A DNA stretch of 58,264 nt, from assembly GCA_051746405.1 (NCBI GenBank), contig JBNJFB010000010.1:1-58264 (forward strand). Direction: 5' to 3'. Position numbers and translations under genes: made by a program. The notes beneath the pieces are model-generated. The model did no database searches, was not told the origin of the DNA, and saw only the letters and a program-made list of their open reading frames with translations. Each line of letters begins with the position of its first letter. The first letter of the stretch is position 1. Shown piece after piece: positions 54,101 through 58,264 of this stretch. The DNA is from Campylobacterota bacterium. GTDB taxonomy: Bacteria > Campylobacterota > Campylobacteria > Campylobacterales > Arcobacteraceae.

Positions 54101-57100
54101 CAGGTGCTTGTGATGGCTGCTGATAGTGTTGAGGTAGTAGGTAGCCAAAAAGCAGGTTCAAGAGGTGGAGCTACTAATGTAATCTCGTTAGGTGGAGAGC
54201 AAACTGTGAGTAATCCTATGGATGCTGGCGGAGAAGATATCAAGATAAAAACTTCAAATCTTATTATTGAAGATACTATTAGAAGTGTTGGGGCTAGTTT
54301 GATTATAGAGACAATTGATCCAACACAAAAAATTATCATAGGGAATAGTAGTGTCAGTAAAGATGGTGTGATGGAGCTTACTACTGATGAGATAGAGAGA
54401 CTTCAATCAGGGTTTAGAAATATCACCATTGGAAGTAGTGAAAGTAGAAACATTATAGAAATAGGAGATAAAACTACCTCTAATGTAAGTGGTGGTGGGA
54501 ATGCACAAGTTGTATTCCAAGATTCACTTATCATCAACAACTCTATTATGGGTGGTGAAACTTATATTTATGATGATTTGGTGGGTGAAGATAGAGGATC
54601 TTTAGCTATTTTTGGTTCTGGTTTTACTACTTATTTAGGAGATGGAAGCAGTACTAGTATTACCCAAGCGGGTGATGTGTTGATTGAAGACTCTATAGAG
54701 GTATCAGGTGATGGGGCTATTACAGCAGGTACTAGTGGTTTTGGTCATATAACTTTAGGGGGTGGGTCACACCATACTCTAGAGGGAAGTGCAGGAACTA
54801 CTGATAATCTTACTTTAAATGCAAATGGTGGGAATATCACAGTCAAAAATAGTATAGGAAATAGCTCTGAAAAATTAGAAAACCTATTTGTGATGGATGA
54901 GAATGGAGATACTGGGGCTTTAGATGTGACTTTCAATAGTAATGTAAATATTGATGGTGATATTACAATTAATGCTAGTGGTACAGTGACTTTTAACAAG
55001 CAGATTAATATTGGTGGAGATTTAAACATAGTAGGTGCTGATTTAGTAGTATTTAAAGAGGGGATTGTAGCAGGTGGAGATATTACTCTTGAAGCAAATG
55101 AGATCAATTTCCAAGGTTCTGAAGAGTCTATTATGAGTACGAAAGCAGATGGTGGTACTATTACGATGAGACCAACAGATATGACATATGATATATCACT
55201 TGCCTCTCCACCGTATGAACTAACAAGTGGAGTTTTAAATATCACTTCCCAAGAGATAGGAACACTAAAAGCTGGATTTGAAACTATTATCATTGGTCAC
55301 AAAGGTGATGATGGTCATACAAAACAGGGTGCTTTAGGTGAAGTCAAAATTGGTGTAAAAACTCAAAATCAAAATACATTTTTCGATGATGTTGAGGTTT
55401 ATGGGGGAACTATAAAAGTTGCTGATTATTCAAATGATGAAATGCAGCTTAAAACTTTAGGAGATATCAGACTTGATGCTCTTAATAATATCAGCATCTC
55501 AAACCATATAGAAGCTGTGGGTGGAGATATTACACTCTATTCAAAAGAGGGAAAAATCTCTCAAAGTGATAATACTAGTGATGGACAAACTAGTGAAGAG
55601 TTAGTAGCTAATACTCTTAAAGTAACTGCTAGTACGGGAATCGATTTGAGATTTTTAAATGTGGATAGTTTAGATGCTACCAATACAGGAGATGGAAATA
55701 TCAAAATCACTCAATTAGCAAGTGGAGAAGATATTGAGATAATTAATCTTATGCAATCAAATGCTACTGGAAGTGGAAATACTTATATAGATACTCAAGC
55801 TGGAGATATTACTATCAGTACTAGTGGTGTAGATATGAGTGGAAGTGGAGAGCTAAGAATCGATGCAGTTGGTGCTATAAATGTAGATGCTACCATACAA
55901 AGTGACGGTGGGGTTATTAACCTTGATGCTACTGGAACAGTGAGTATTGATGCAGATATTACAAATACTGAAAATAAAAACTCAGGATTTATCAATATCT
56001 CTTCAACTCAAGACTCAATTATGATGAGTGATGGGACAACTATATCTACAACTGGAGGGGTAATTACCCTTGAAGCGTATGAAGATATAGTTTTAAGTAT
56101 TTTAGAAACAAAACTAACTAATGGTTTAGTAGATATCACTTCACATTATGGAGCTGTGAGCGATGCACTAAGTAGTGGTGAGAATATCATTACTAATGCA
56201 CTTGTAGCACAAAGTTTTGCAGGGTTTAGTGCAAATACAAGAGTTGATACTGTAGAGATGGTTAATAGTGATAGTGGAGATATTGTTATCAATGAGAGCG
56301 ATACTTTAGAGATTAAATCTATCGCACAAGATGCTTCAAGTGGGGCTATAAATGTAACAGTAAGTAACGCTATCACTCAAAGTGAAATAGTATCAAGTAA
56401 AGGTGGTGATATAGCCATCACTTCTACAAATAGTACTATTGTGATGGAAGATAGTAGCATAACTACTTCACAAAGTGGAGATGTTGCTTATAGTGCAAAT
56501 AGTAATATTGAACTTTCTGTCATAGATACAGGAGGTGATGTCACACTAAGCACTACCACTGGGACTATAGTAGATAATAGTGAAGATGAATCAGCAAATA
56601 TAGTAGCTAATAATCTCTCTATAACTTCATATAGTGGTGTTGGGTCAGATGCAGATGAAAAAGATATCAATACAACTGTAGAGAGTATCTCTATAACAAA
56701 TATTACAGGAAGTGTTTATATTACTGAGACAAATGATGTTAAGGTAGGAAATATATCAACTCCTGATGAGGTGGTATTAACTCTACTCAATGGAGATATT
56801 ACAAATAGTGGAGATAGTTCGCTTCTAAGTGCCAATAAACTAACAGTAGATGCAAATAGTGCAGATATAAAAACAACTATCTCAAATATAGATGCAACTA
56901 TCTCAAATAGTTTAATAATTGATGAGAGTGATGATCTATTTATAACAAATATAGAGGCTCAAAGTGTAAATATCAAAGCAGATGGAACGATCACTGATGG
57001 AGATAGCGTTAGTATAAATGCGACAAACTTAGCATTAGAGGCAATAACTATCAATCTTGTTACAGATGTTACTCACTACAGTGCGACATCTACAAATGGA

Positions 57101-58264
57101 GATATTATAATCAACCAAAGCGATGATATAAATATAGGGATTGTAGATGCAGGATCTTATGATGTTTATATAACTGTAGAGGGTGCTATTACACATAACG
57201 ATGAAAGCTCACTTCTAAGTGCCAATAAACTAACAGTAGATGCAAAAAATGCAGAGCTAAATACAACTATCTCAAATATAGATGCAACTATCTCAAATAG
57301 TTTAATAATTGATGAGAGTGATGATCTATTTATAACAAATATAGAGGCTCAAAGTGTAAATATCAAAGCAGATGGAACGATCACTGATGGAGATAGCGTT
57401 AGTATAAATGCGACAAACTTAGCATTAGAGGCAATAACTATCAATCTTGTTACAGATGTTACTCACTACAGTGCGACATCTACAAATGGAGATATTATAA
57501 TCAACCAAAGCGATGATATAAATATAGGGATTGTAGATGCAGGATCTTATGATGTTTATATAACTGTAGAGGGTGCTATTACACATAACGATGAAAGCTC
57601 ACTTCTAAGTGCAGATCGTTTAATAGTAGATGCAAATAGTGCAACACTAAATACAGCTATTAGTACAATAGAAGCGATAGTAGATAATAGACTTGATATT
57701 GATGAGAAAAATAATATCAGTGGAGATATAACTGCAAAAGATTTAGTACTAAAAGCAGAGGATGCTATACTTGCTACAACTATAGAGACACTTAATGCAG
57801 AAGTGGTAAACTTAACACTTACTGAGAGAAATAACTTGAATGTGAGAGTGCTTACTGCAACAGAAGATGTACTAATTACAGCAGATGCAATTCTAAAAGA
57901 AGATGAAGGCTCACTTCTAAGTGCAGATCATTTAATAGTAGATGCAACAACAGTAGATCTTAATACAAAAGTAACACAGCTTAAAGCAAATACAAGTGAT
58001 GGAGATATTATAATCAACCAAAGCGATGATATAAATATAGGGGTTGTAGATGCAGGATCTTATGATGTTTATATAACTGTAGAGGGTGCTATTAGACATA
58101 ACGATGAAAGCTCACTTCTAAGTGCAGATCGTTTAATAGTAGATGCAAATAGTGCAGATATAAAAACAACTATCTCAAATATAGATGCAACTATCTCAAA
58201 TAGTTTAATAATTGATGAGAGTGATGATCTATTTATAACAAATATAGAGGCTCAAAGTGTAAAT
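33116..58264 (+). CDS. giant LEPR-XLL / RTX-repeat secreted surface protein (adhesin-like), at least 8,383 aa, 3' end outside window
   Basis: AAGGA RBS, ATG 33116, MSKSIAQSRMYRR...SLEDRILLSADP. The same frame is read at the window end (..IEAQSVN), and the track lists no long terminated + ORF here, so there is no internal stop. Acidic G/S/T/D/I-rich beta-solenoid-like sequence with GGxGxD repeats. Confidence 0.93.
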   Translation, partial: MSKSIAQSRMYRRTKELLKRKKQKKIEKQRNKNNFLSNKDKFTINSLEDRILLSADPIANGVMEYINEDENSTVLIDEANQEHEIELDAKNTDNNNILDFANLNNELINSSTLKIDNETILGGSGSIVIDLINEGIVSPGYSPGIQTINGDYEQDSNATLKIEIAGTGENDGGLAGVDFDKVVVNGTANLNGTLDVSFLNDYEVNLGDEYTILEANNIEGNFIDAKGLFGFGDGEYFLDIKQTETSVKLIVKEIGENIALQVDNNDLAVNNYLSKALNADYFDIADEDVVDISGKVSIADTLFIEGSLDFNLNYHDNITIGTGLPNEVIVDMPNKIEDVSMSFFDISISDANVFFGFDGDYISVLEDEDYEYFDDATGFMIKDIDMAFSLMTVLDIDIATSMNHPTFYSVYAQTQSAEFIGMDFLTTEFHELTIEANSSAGWLYYDFVPFVDFQESFGVDGYQFNMGNETLALKGTDDYFKVDVGQAKLQVSQFIYLQGGFSFEMGPTYLVDIATGLPASQEGVLGDLVEPLFDFAADGSDYSTLKEVEVASMTIGGSNLVGFFGGLGPYKEDKDLSIDSDGDGDPYNDYIINEDAVGLSVEGLDFAMVTMDPTSPIISNALGNFMAAKATADRAAFIGVEDILTIDIRDIELRYNTGPSWPLDMGPAVIDWESSFSQTEGFEVSTGGDTSMVIDYGGDEIISVNIGHAVVQVSQFLYLSGSMSLTKGPVENVYVNSGDFQSLYSSGEKEVSTITLGGANLQGFAGIGGPYKEDIYLDYDSNGDGNPYNDYEVVNPNATGLIIDNVNFATAIMTPTDILASRLINFVSVKATIDEAALIGMEDFIEAGLEDVEININTSQIKGLPPQGSLLAAMPYIDYQKSFEETDGLQVSTGYKLQEDQESSEGLDFITLDFDSEIIQAKVGYARLDILGSLQVFGAMAFTKRSETVKLTNGEEVEVVSLSIGISNAFGFVGVGGYFYDSDGDGRVTQDDSVDSSAVGLAVTDLDLGAVLSREVGSLTNAYFALATDLKSVALVGIEDAIEVSLSEVEFDANTSTRFDGTVIDFSSSSWIDENEIEQSGYEIETGDDANPIVLEYDGFLIDISGIMEMSAFGVFALDAVFELTIDNGALSFFVDGESIIGSEDTISMTQALTALMYIDSDGFAMTARLQGGIDLGPVMNLDIEQLDLTINTTRKDIVYEVPEKFLEKVDYETITILEKPEKYENDDMHFYVMLEAKGTLELLSALSLKGDIDFLFSDTRTVMGVGAILDLPGLEPLGAAGSLGITSGGVYGSLMVGNAFAGGSTLIDAGIFSISGGFLLQINTTTQKQSVKALEIDNNGQLTGEFIDEDLEATTMFIAGTAEIEIAGAVSLYGEMSLLINEQGFEADAELKLDLGAFGEVEASGALSILNTDDEGMVFAMSLDTHISFGLSGIVGIDADAKIEINTSDTNEYAGVDAGTLFNLELDGALNILALKANLEGSISIIDDVFELRIDDASVDFFGILDVGMSGYIRSDGYFLINGEANMNIDLAIIQIEAGVEMTFGNTLEQGPIVGLALYGSVSVDIDLGLFSIKETLAGFRGEIELTAASAYLQASVTVAGITVSGDITWSWGDLPIIATQVGDQLYLNMGDRWEHRETAKNKAIGNLYEDVIHETYNITQNEAGDLVVKSMGVEKTYSGVKTIHASGGEGSDVIFVGSNVTQKLLFDGGEGKDTFIIAGGASDSVIRGGAGNDQLVGGSTSGIHYYGGDGNDSFVGGGASSVLNMGGGKNKISTGNGNTTINVTQNSEVDIKGGSGYDTVYTQITSDKDLIIGDKFFNYGGIVIKTDDLVDMVHVRDVSNSTTLRTNAQGDSWGNTGLTVVSDGVVDVSDLEFIAPTARLSIDSYGIIGELNTQIEELSVITKGDSNGDIVINEKDDLIIVDDNRANGGVYTTTGTIDITLNDYESQLTMISGMISTTNSGGNITLIADDIEFESGQNRVIGEGELLIKTKTASQNYNLGSAGQTTYGIDKSDGLDNGYMHLSMQDFAAMKEGFSHIQIGDETTATTTYLGDLKNATVGNFTYNAKLEDYLTIYAGRLNVVGNVQSTDTIDIYANYMEVRKTNIHNPLGSPDSGIYAKDVDVNLSEQLVLTGWIKADDSISVDIIGTTGNNPIVGYGAEANSFTADQGSVFATYNNGGEIIVNTSESIYSATTIEGFGANSTIQINSQTGLTILEGAVIAARADNSTIDLSAQEYLHINSGGAITAGAKWNQESMSYEKTGSNSSITLTTDGEMRLSGAITSAGAMDLVGGDSHSDYASYFDTIPGKNIASIDFSQELTNNFNSGVLPQEILDLFAQNSISIGDNYGISSIENYTPFDALTEEQKDAVAVSLGYSIYEPSGEQKYYFKEDAPSEKMLLETLTNGDSVSSSVGYTHYSSLVFVDLNNEKVKTSFIQGVSDDYDNDLIEWGNVTAPSANATFDSLTLEQKLVVAASLGYSTDDGGESFYNYNAQQGKKYLKTFSEGIVADYKNEDIYWGAVDAPSSDASFETLTKEQKVVVAQSLGYSVYEDVYVNLEADENQRVVKSLAYEGEFTVDSINWGGVKTPAEDTTFEELSLEQQQRVLETLEYSRYDGVIYYNETDESFAITFDSQSDFDIESLDWGDAKKPAIDATFEDLNILQKQVVLDSLDYREYTGTVYTNGDEFKLTFVEGSDADADYSNDSITWSSVEVPDENTTFEELSSQQQHYVLTQSGYSEYSSKFYYKADAIDDKKLLTSFVEGVDYQNSSMNWGEVSFDTTNRWIVNDGENSYILYAQDSDGDGIAESIKIQEKHELVGQRGYGFLLTGTLTSLQDNTDLVIEGQKDTIVRGNINLLGENSNLTVQSDSWVYWEGEADVSGDISILGGVTLDNGNEITDTAKETSVYIHATSTLNNTNSGNNITIIGGKDVDIYGRVVAGATIESDGVHFVGNDSTVFIGAGEQVYIDTAIVASKSINIQTLEAPGVDDENRSLILTTASGLSVGGYTSDNSGGTITIDTVGDIEAIGMILSGGTVRQTFDSDGNLQDETITWSNEYSTVDITSLGKVSIAGDTLTTSGETVEIGGTVRANNEINITGGISNDHIGIYLPGGAKLATNHQDGIINLKADDDALIYGLVASGASIDTYYDTNGTTLGNIINSYGGNSKIIIESNAQVELGRDLVAGALIDVRGGDGTQRDVDDILGESGYTFNLKDQGVVIGAGLGIKTLQENSTINLSSSGDLAILAPAWNEELLATGFIEYATGKLTSDVTIDMVVDLGTHKVRGSVSINSEDTQDNAGVSDLKSDIQAAFNSTSFSVIESISGDPAVDSTQTIEDKVTFRVVDGRLMLTTDYKVELLSTSQNIEKLGFSSGVDLSSNSSVAIDASQKGSTVNLGKDGLENGSIYLSNWVKGYDGVNFYSGDKPDSGNQNFYFGIAGTIETMSGGIYLNPGDNGVLLGDLIARGKGADIIIESKDTLEIRGSLTAQDDISIKAGTTLSQGEVSITTYGTSSITTLDAGGQITIEGYNDVVINSTIGKDKDDVVNTNLEKLAITALHGDLTIAKESGYIHTGAELIFSGKNIDAQGVIISERNTPSIYDNEVSFIAKEGVNLGGAFTLDGSMKVKTVEDINLSNIRMMIENPNQHLILESDANIYLGDIEPQDGVQSDGAVVLYGDGYIEVKALGDIFVGYDAQILSKNEVKIKANNLVAVGSIRAGYVFDEQSNSAVYAQADGKIDIKTDGSVILGGEGLDVNDNFALINWGANIQSTGTASIITGEDTNRHGLSVSKESLIQADESLNIRADGDIQIYGNINALNDGADIAMKTYSLLFVDGVIHADESVVLNGGTSSTGAGIIINDFITDSEDNYISGGSVKTNDGGTIELYAQDSIIVRGNLGEASLVDEEFIASTKSIVMQTLASDITVTGAINVQDTLEARAKNINILEDGYIIARENGSSVTLKATDTLYLATGTTDANPALVQADKKVHLIAKNARLYGVVETTADDSRVLVSVSHEAIITGTLKSQNNIELNAGVDINESYTVLEGEILENSLDATGSILVSNQGVLEASADIVAQAGGDITVKSDSSISGEVTVEIPVVTTYTKEFTIITGYQQVFAGQIDVPQISWVATRLTEQVGEEEVVVGNYYITMDTTLEMVGYYNPNAAMGDRFKEMLIEGVDYLNDDVDWNKAGNDAMPNRTSEAVTSDYKSEEYKGFTSLNDAQKQAVLNHKGYKALFEFSYTNAQKKQVLNGTTTTTAYTPEWKDNEEKVYSIQVDGWKDKFIMMPEGAHEDILRVVSQGEATYLTGDTTATGNTGSWKSASDAGVKFVNNSGNEKTTFTKGNDGWTNNAIINWEDFGASIPMKYTNGGTTLTEFSKDIFVDVKIEDLVNQISVSGTSYNGQSINWTNYGATTPTANTAFADLDFTQQYAVLFELGHYKEELVLGTDYNNEDIPWEQLDATIPNDNTEYKDLNSSQKQAVIKALGYYIQEIDFDNLTYAAKLKEATKMGYDASVDESKDWSDLSFAQKIAVAGTLGYSYDASGVGEYVGSYTDYAKVDYEQDKSNFNGSDKTYDEATDKNNSSRWDNTSSYRTFEGVTDDDNSEGRWRVDYDTSAKQNTNAISDNYTDGTGYRMYDLDGENIAGNRDIRELTANRDPDWTWESTDMTSDTSGSYATDPFNNGQRYTDFILALATYNAALDNNTASLVELSKTPHYQQVVGEFKNWTNWANEQSVRYYSNASGNGFESFDWKDGVEGWGESDSPSVYAYHTASDKAVQTSGSYDSSKIDSMRWHARTSVELTTIVTETWNDYKYKWTSDTHDMYDSRIKLNYQLVTQSYDIVDLRPIFETKTIEKEHIEFSSQNVWEEEAITDTQTKTYTQTEYENLDIRGGDFAGETLSATNITLSTKGDTNIIGAVDASGDITIDAKGSVNLKGTKAHGANVETTSTIDSINITITAQDKLNLSDSVKITATNSANLNAKYDMTLGAEASNLGIKVVEDDSVSGYTYRAFELDAKDISIVSGATIKLSGAITAQESITINAGDTQNIGNIGDGSIIGDYEAKLTSSDISLHAGAIGGDVTFTGSSLSTDNTISIEAQSGKVTQSVGVMSANILDIKAQSAISTNTSVDEVSLELNDKGDIALINNKDITITSAKAVDGAIAFDIFGSAVVKDTQTLGTNDRNDFMLNTYSIGGASADATLENITLGTRGDVILSIQGDVTSQADTLIISDELIVDAMGEISLLSEVARVTLSTSTIGDITITQSGAKALRVDDISVYNGDLTLISDGAIDIRNINSKTQSNYDEDTSNWIDNLITIDNSGGDNKNITIDSIIFGSYEIVDGEYFRSEYDEDTDKWNSVKLDSIDTLGDIVVQSSGLIKGVANQLNIVADSVTLEAKTGIENLTLTANELTKAVTTAGDITIYEQDRDIDITTGLVIKEVSSAKNSNSFINIVVQNELFVQEDSKITADTIRLESLDSSVVVAKPTTGDSLDYTTGIGFAAANVVDLYRFFNASGSIEYRAGDKFQFGEDEAKSALLPGDITSDSIILETGSTLSIDGTLTAKNYVELVSGQNINITGDIVHTSGGYIGEVKITALGESQIEKVSKGGELVDTGYVVINTDSLKSTNFEIRAKEDIAINLKESFILSGFVGGLEGFDSAQNITISLDDKNDATQETLTVVGGIVASDKAINLNATAINSDNSSVFIGKDLKVITEGGMLLNTLVDTIIAKSTKEGNILINEADDVKLYEIYANDGAIDISAGGDIEAYSVITAVDSGVNTVLTSDLNNNTELIDAKAALDSATAAHDSAVSAYASVQDAEDAYNDAQLALDNIGTTQQATDLTDAENALEPLETAYTAAQEETATAQSEFDSTELRVEAISRLIAQDIISGFYSGDAEAAKTAYENFVVEESRNQALIDAETALVDAIAALEAIEDGEDTTDAQTDVDTKTEEYNTAREALTAAEGILGSILIIINDETAQGIITDEYGGNTQSAKTAYENLIADEEATIANSEATEVEKATATENLENYENILAGIVRISVQGIITDEYGGNTQNAKGEYESQIADQESIIADSEATEEEKATATEKLENYENILAGIVRIAALEAAANDELLTNTDGYNDKKTAYDEAVDANDGVEEAKTALEAEHITTLSTVYDALKVEDDALEAAKSAESQALLDKSESQSTYDAALATYEALETQLTNDRDYKQGVYNSIGDIAVLEEAVTTAEDEMNDAQNTYKIRLAEAEAEEESASDSLNTEGYKADFSGNNIFLSASGDIKVDYVESGANAGAEKSNTVVVMDFAGTLSELVDDQDKVDIFGTKVFIKGDTYTIKEMTTADDRGDGLHDVEIATTSISGGIDEGDTTVSADGGYANKSYTDDKVLIVPDTLSGDTEVSSDGTLTVAKFQTQGNGEDVTFSAGDDLVIVSELDVGSGAIDLSATNGGITLGGQVTAGTLDVDVQDDFSVKSAVDNLALNVSGSGRDVTVEQSGNLNVTSLAMNGGDVDFIVDGDVTFDSITGSMGNVNITATGDVILSGAGADASDVVINSGGTLTLNLDAGTLSVEVNGEVNITETDDVVINRLTQNDTTQNLTINAGGKVTYNDTIKATQDAVIDMSAGSLELNESINSENGAIDLVTTIGDMTLGENADITNSSADVTLDSTGKITMTGETVVQTGDGVLRINSGDDMTIGKLRSDYVGGDAIILNSSDAIFDGSDSPIDIIGDLVSITSVNGIGTGEFGSIEIDVSELTVTNTTSGGIYLTQLGEQNLIIKGIEQSSHGDIEIETLNSAIIVDGDIDAQNGGVLLYAAGENSYFELNADINTTSIDGKTVHIVTESGDITLVEDIHLLGDGDITLEALDGAIVQSLDTNAWLKYADPADEYDFDKKLLWVMENFKFAIDKESGVIDVEGAIGFEENAYFANDTVIRASSGAYIQTTGGKLTLEAKENIGGRLSDDSFSDYETLQEKQLRESLESLTLSLLVDAQQLTVYSANRAQVLVMAADSVEVVGSQKAGSRGGATNVISLGGEQTVSNPMDAGGEDIKIKTSNLIIEDTIRSVGASLIIETIDPTQKIIIGNSSVSKDGVMELTTDEIERLQSGFRNITIGSSESRNIIEIGDKTTSNVSGGGNAQVVFQDSLIINNSIMGGETYIYDDLVGEDRGSLAIFGSGFTTYLGDGSSTSITQAGDVLIEDSIEVSGDGAITAGTSGFGHITLGGGSHHTLEGSAGTTDNLTLNANGGNITVKNSIGNSSEKLENLFVMDENGDTGALDVTFNSNVNIDGDITINASGTVTFNKQINIGGDLNIVGADLVVFKEGIVAGGDITLEANEINFQGSEESIMSTKADGGTITMRPTDMTYDISLASPPYELTSGVLNITSQEIGTLKAGFETIIIGHKGDDGHTKQGALGEVKIGVKTQNQNTFFDDVEVYGGTIKVADYSNDEMQLKTLGDIRLDALNNISISNHIEAVGGDITLYSKEGKISQSDNTSDGQTSEELVANTLKVTASTGIDLRFLNVDSLDATNTGDGNIKITQLASGEDIEIINLMQSNATGSGNTYIDTQAGDITISTSGVDMSGSGELRIDAVGAINVDATIQSDGGVINLDATGTVSIDADITNTENKNSGFINISSTQDSIMMSDGTTISTTGGVITLEAYEDIVLSILETKLTNGLVDITSHYGAVSDALSSGENIITNALVAQSFAGFSANTRVDTVEMVNSDSGDIVINESDTLEIKSIAQDASSGAINVTVSNAITQSEIVSSKGGDIAITSTNSTIVMEDSSITTSQSGDVAYSANSNIELSVIDTGGDVTLSTTTGTIVDNSEDESANIVANNLSITSYSGVGSDADEKDINTTVESISITNITGSVYITETNDVKVGNISTPDEVVLTLLNGDITNSGDSSLLSANKLTVDANSADIKTTISNIDATISNSLIIDESDDLFITNIEAQSVNIKADGTITDGDSVSINATNLALEAITINLVTDVTHYSATSTNGDIIINQSDDINIGIVDAGSYDVYITVEGAITHNDESSLLSANKLTVDAKNAELNTTISNIDATISNSLIIDESDDLFITNIEAQSVNIKADGTITDGDSVSINATNLALEAITINLVTDVTHYSATSTNGDIIINQSDDINIGIVDAGSYDVYITVEGAITHNDESSLLSADRLIVDANSATLNTAISTIEAIVDNRLDIDEKNNISGDITAKDLVLKAEDAILATTIETLNAEVVNLTLTERNNLNVRVLTATEDVLITADAILKEDEGSLLSADHLIVDATTVDLNTKVTQLKANTSDGDIIINQSDDINIGVVDAGSYDVYITVEGAIRHNDESSLLSADRLIVDANSADIKTTISNIDATISNSLIIDESDDLFITNIEAQSVN
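38180..38515 (+). repeat. RTX-like GGxGxD calcium-binding repeats within the giant CDS
   Basis: GGEGSDVI, GGEGKDTF, GGAGNDQL, GGDGNDSF and GGSGYDTV. Confidence 0.85.
40178..41445 (+). repeat. tandem ~60-65 aa repeat (DY.N..I.WG.V..P...TF..L..EQ...V..SLGY), about 5 full and 2 partial copies
   Basis: Direct translation, e.g. DYDNDLIEWGNVTAPSANATFDSLTLEQKLVVAASLGY and DYKNEDIYWGAVDAPSSDASFETLTKEQKVVVAQSLGY. Confidence 0.85.
51052..51423 (+). repeat. near-identical 186-nt (62-aa) tandem duplication inside the helical insertion
   Basis: tcaggggattattacagatgagtacggtggtaatacgcaaa at 51052 and 51238; both copies end in gaaaatattttagctgggatagttcgcata. Confidence 0.92.
56821..58264 (+). repeat. near-identical 390-nt (130-aa) tandem repeats plus shuffled half-units
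   Basis: cttctaagtgc anchor at about 56822, 57212, 57602, 57914 and 58115; 56821-57210 and 57211-57600 are almost identical. Confidence 0.92.

Larger units (their letters stand above)
25100..58264. mobile_element. integrase-associated genomic island; right boundary not in window
   Basis: Abrupt end of housekeeping genes, P4-like integrase, TA-like pair, composition shifts and accessory cargo. That the island extends over the giant gene is inferred. Confidence 0.6.

Noticed and set aside
33103..56670. Dozens of short minus-strand and off-frame ORFs in the track
   Set aside because: Antisense or alternate-frame shadows of the giant plus-strand CDS; Ser/Ile/Pro-rich with no motifs.
56821..58264. 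Possible CRISPR array or mobile repeat
   Set aside because: Units are 201-390 nt, in frame and coding, with no short repeat/unique spacer structure and no cas genes.

Overview
AT-rich Campylobacterota chromosome, most likely Arcobacteraceae (separate rpoB and rpoC, Campylobacterota-style gene order). Bases 1-25,100 are core genome: mqnA-like (partial), moaD-moaE, a PHP histidinol phosphatase, glnA, PBP1A, an ABC ATPase, gpmI, mraY, murD, tRNAs Phe/Thr/Tyr/Gly, tuf, rpmG, tRNA-Trp, secE, nusG, rplKAJL, rpoBC, a membrane protein and a YciI-family gene. A genomic island begins at about 25,100. It carries a candidate att core, a frameshifted P4-like tyrosine integrase and an AbiE-like (wHTH + nucleotidyltransferase) gene pair. 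Next comes a very AT-rich minus-strand operon: OmpR-type response regulator, 7TMR-DISM sensor kinase, Cys-rich U32-like protein and a doubly frameshifted MtnK/APH-like kinase. Divergent from this operon is one uninterrupted ORF, 33,116 to beyond 58,264 (at least 8,383 aa), which the ORF track misses because it has no stop in the window. It encodes a giant acidic LEPR-XLL/RTX-type surface protein. Its beta-helix-like spine carries several inserted modules: a ~60-aa repeat I do not recognise, an out-and-back beta stalk, a coiled coil and recent tandem duplications. Mirror-image 11-bp-spaced direct repeats between the regulator and the giant gene suggest they form one regulated system. All family assignments are from motif recognition, not database searches.
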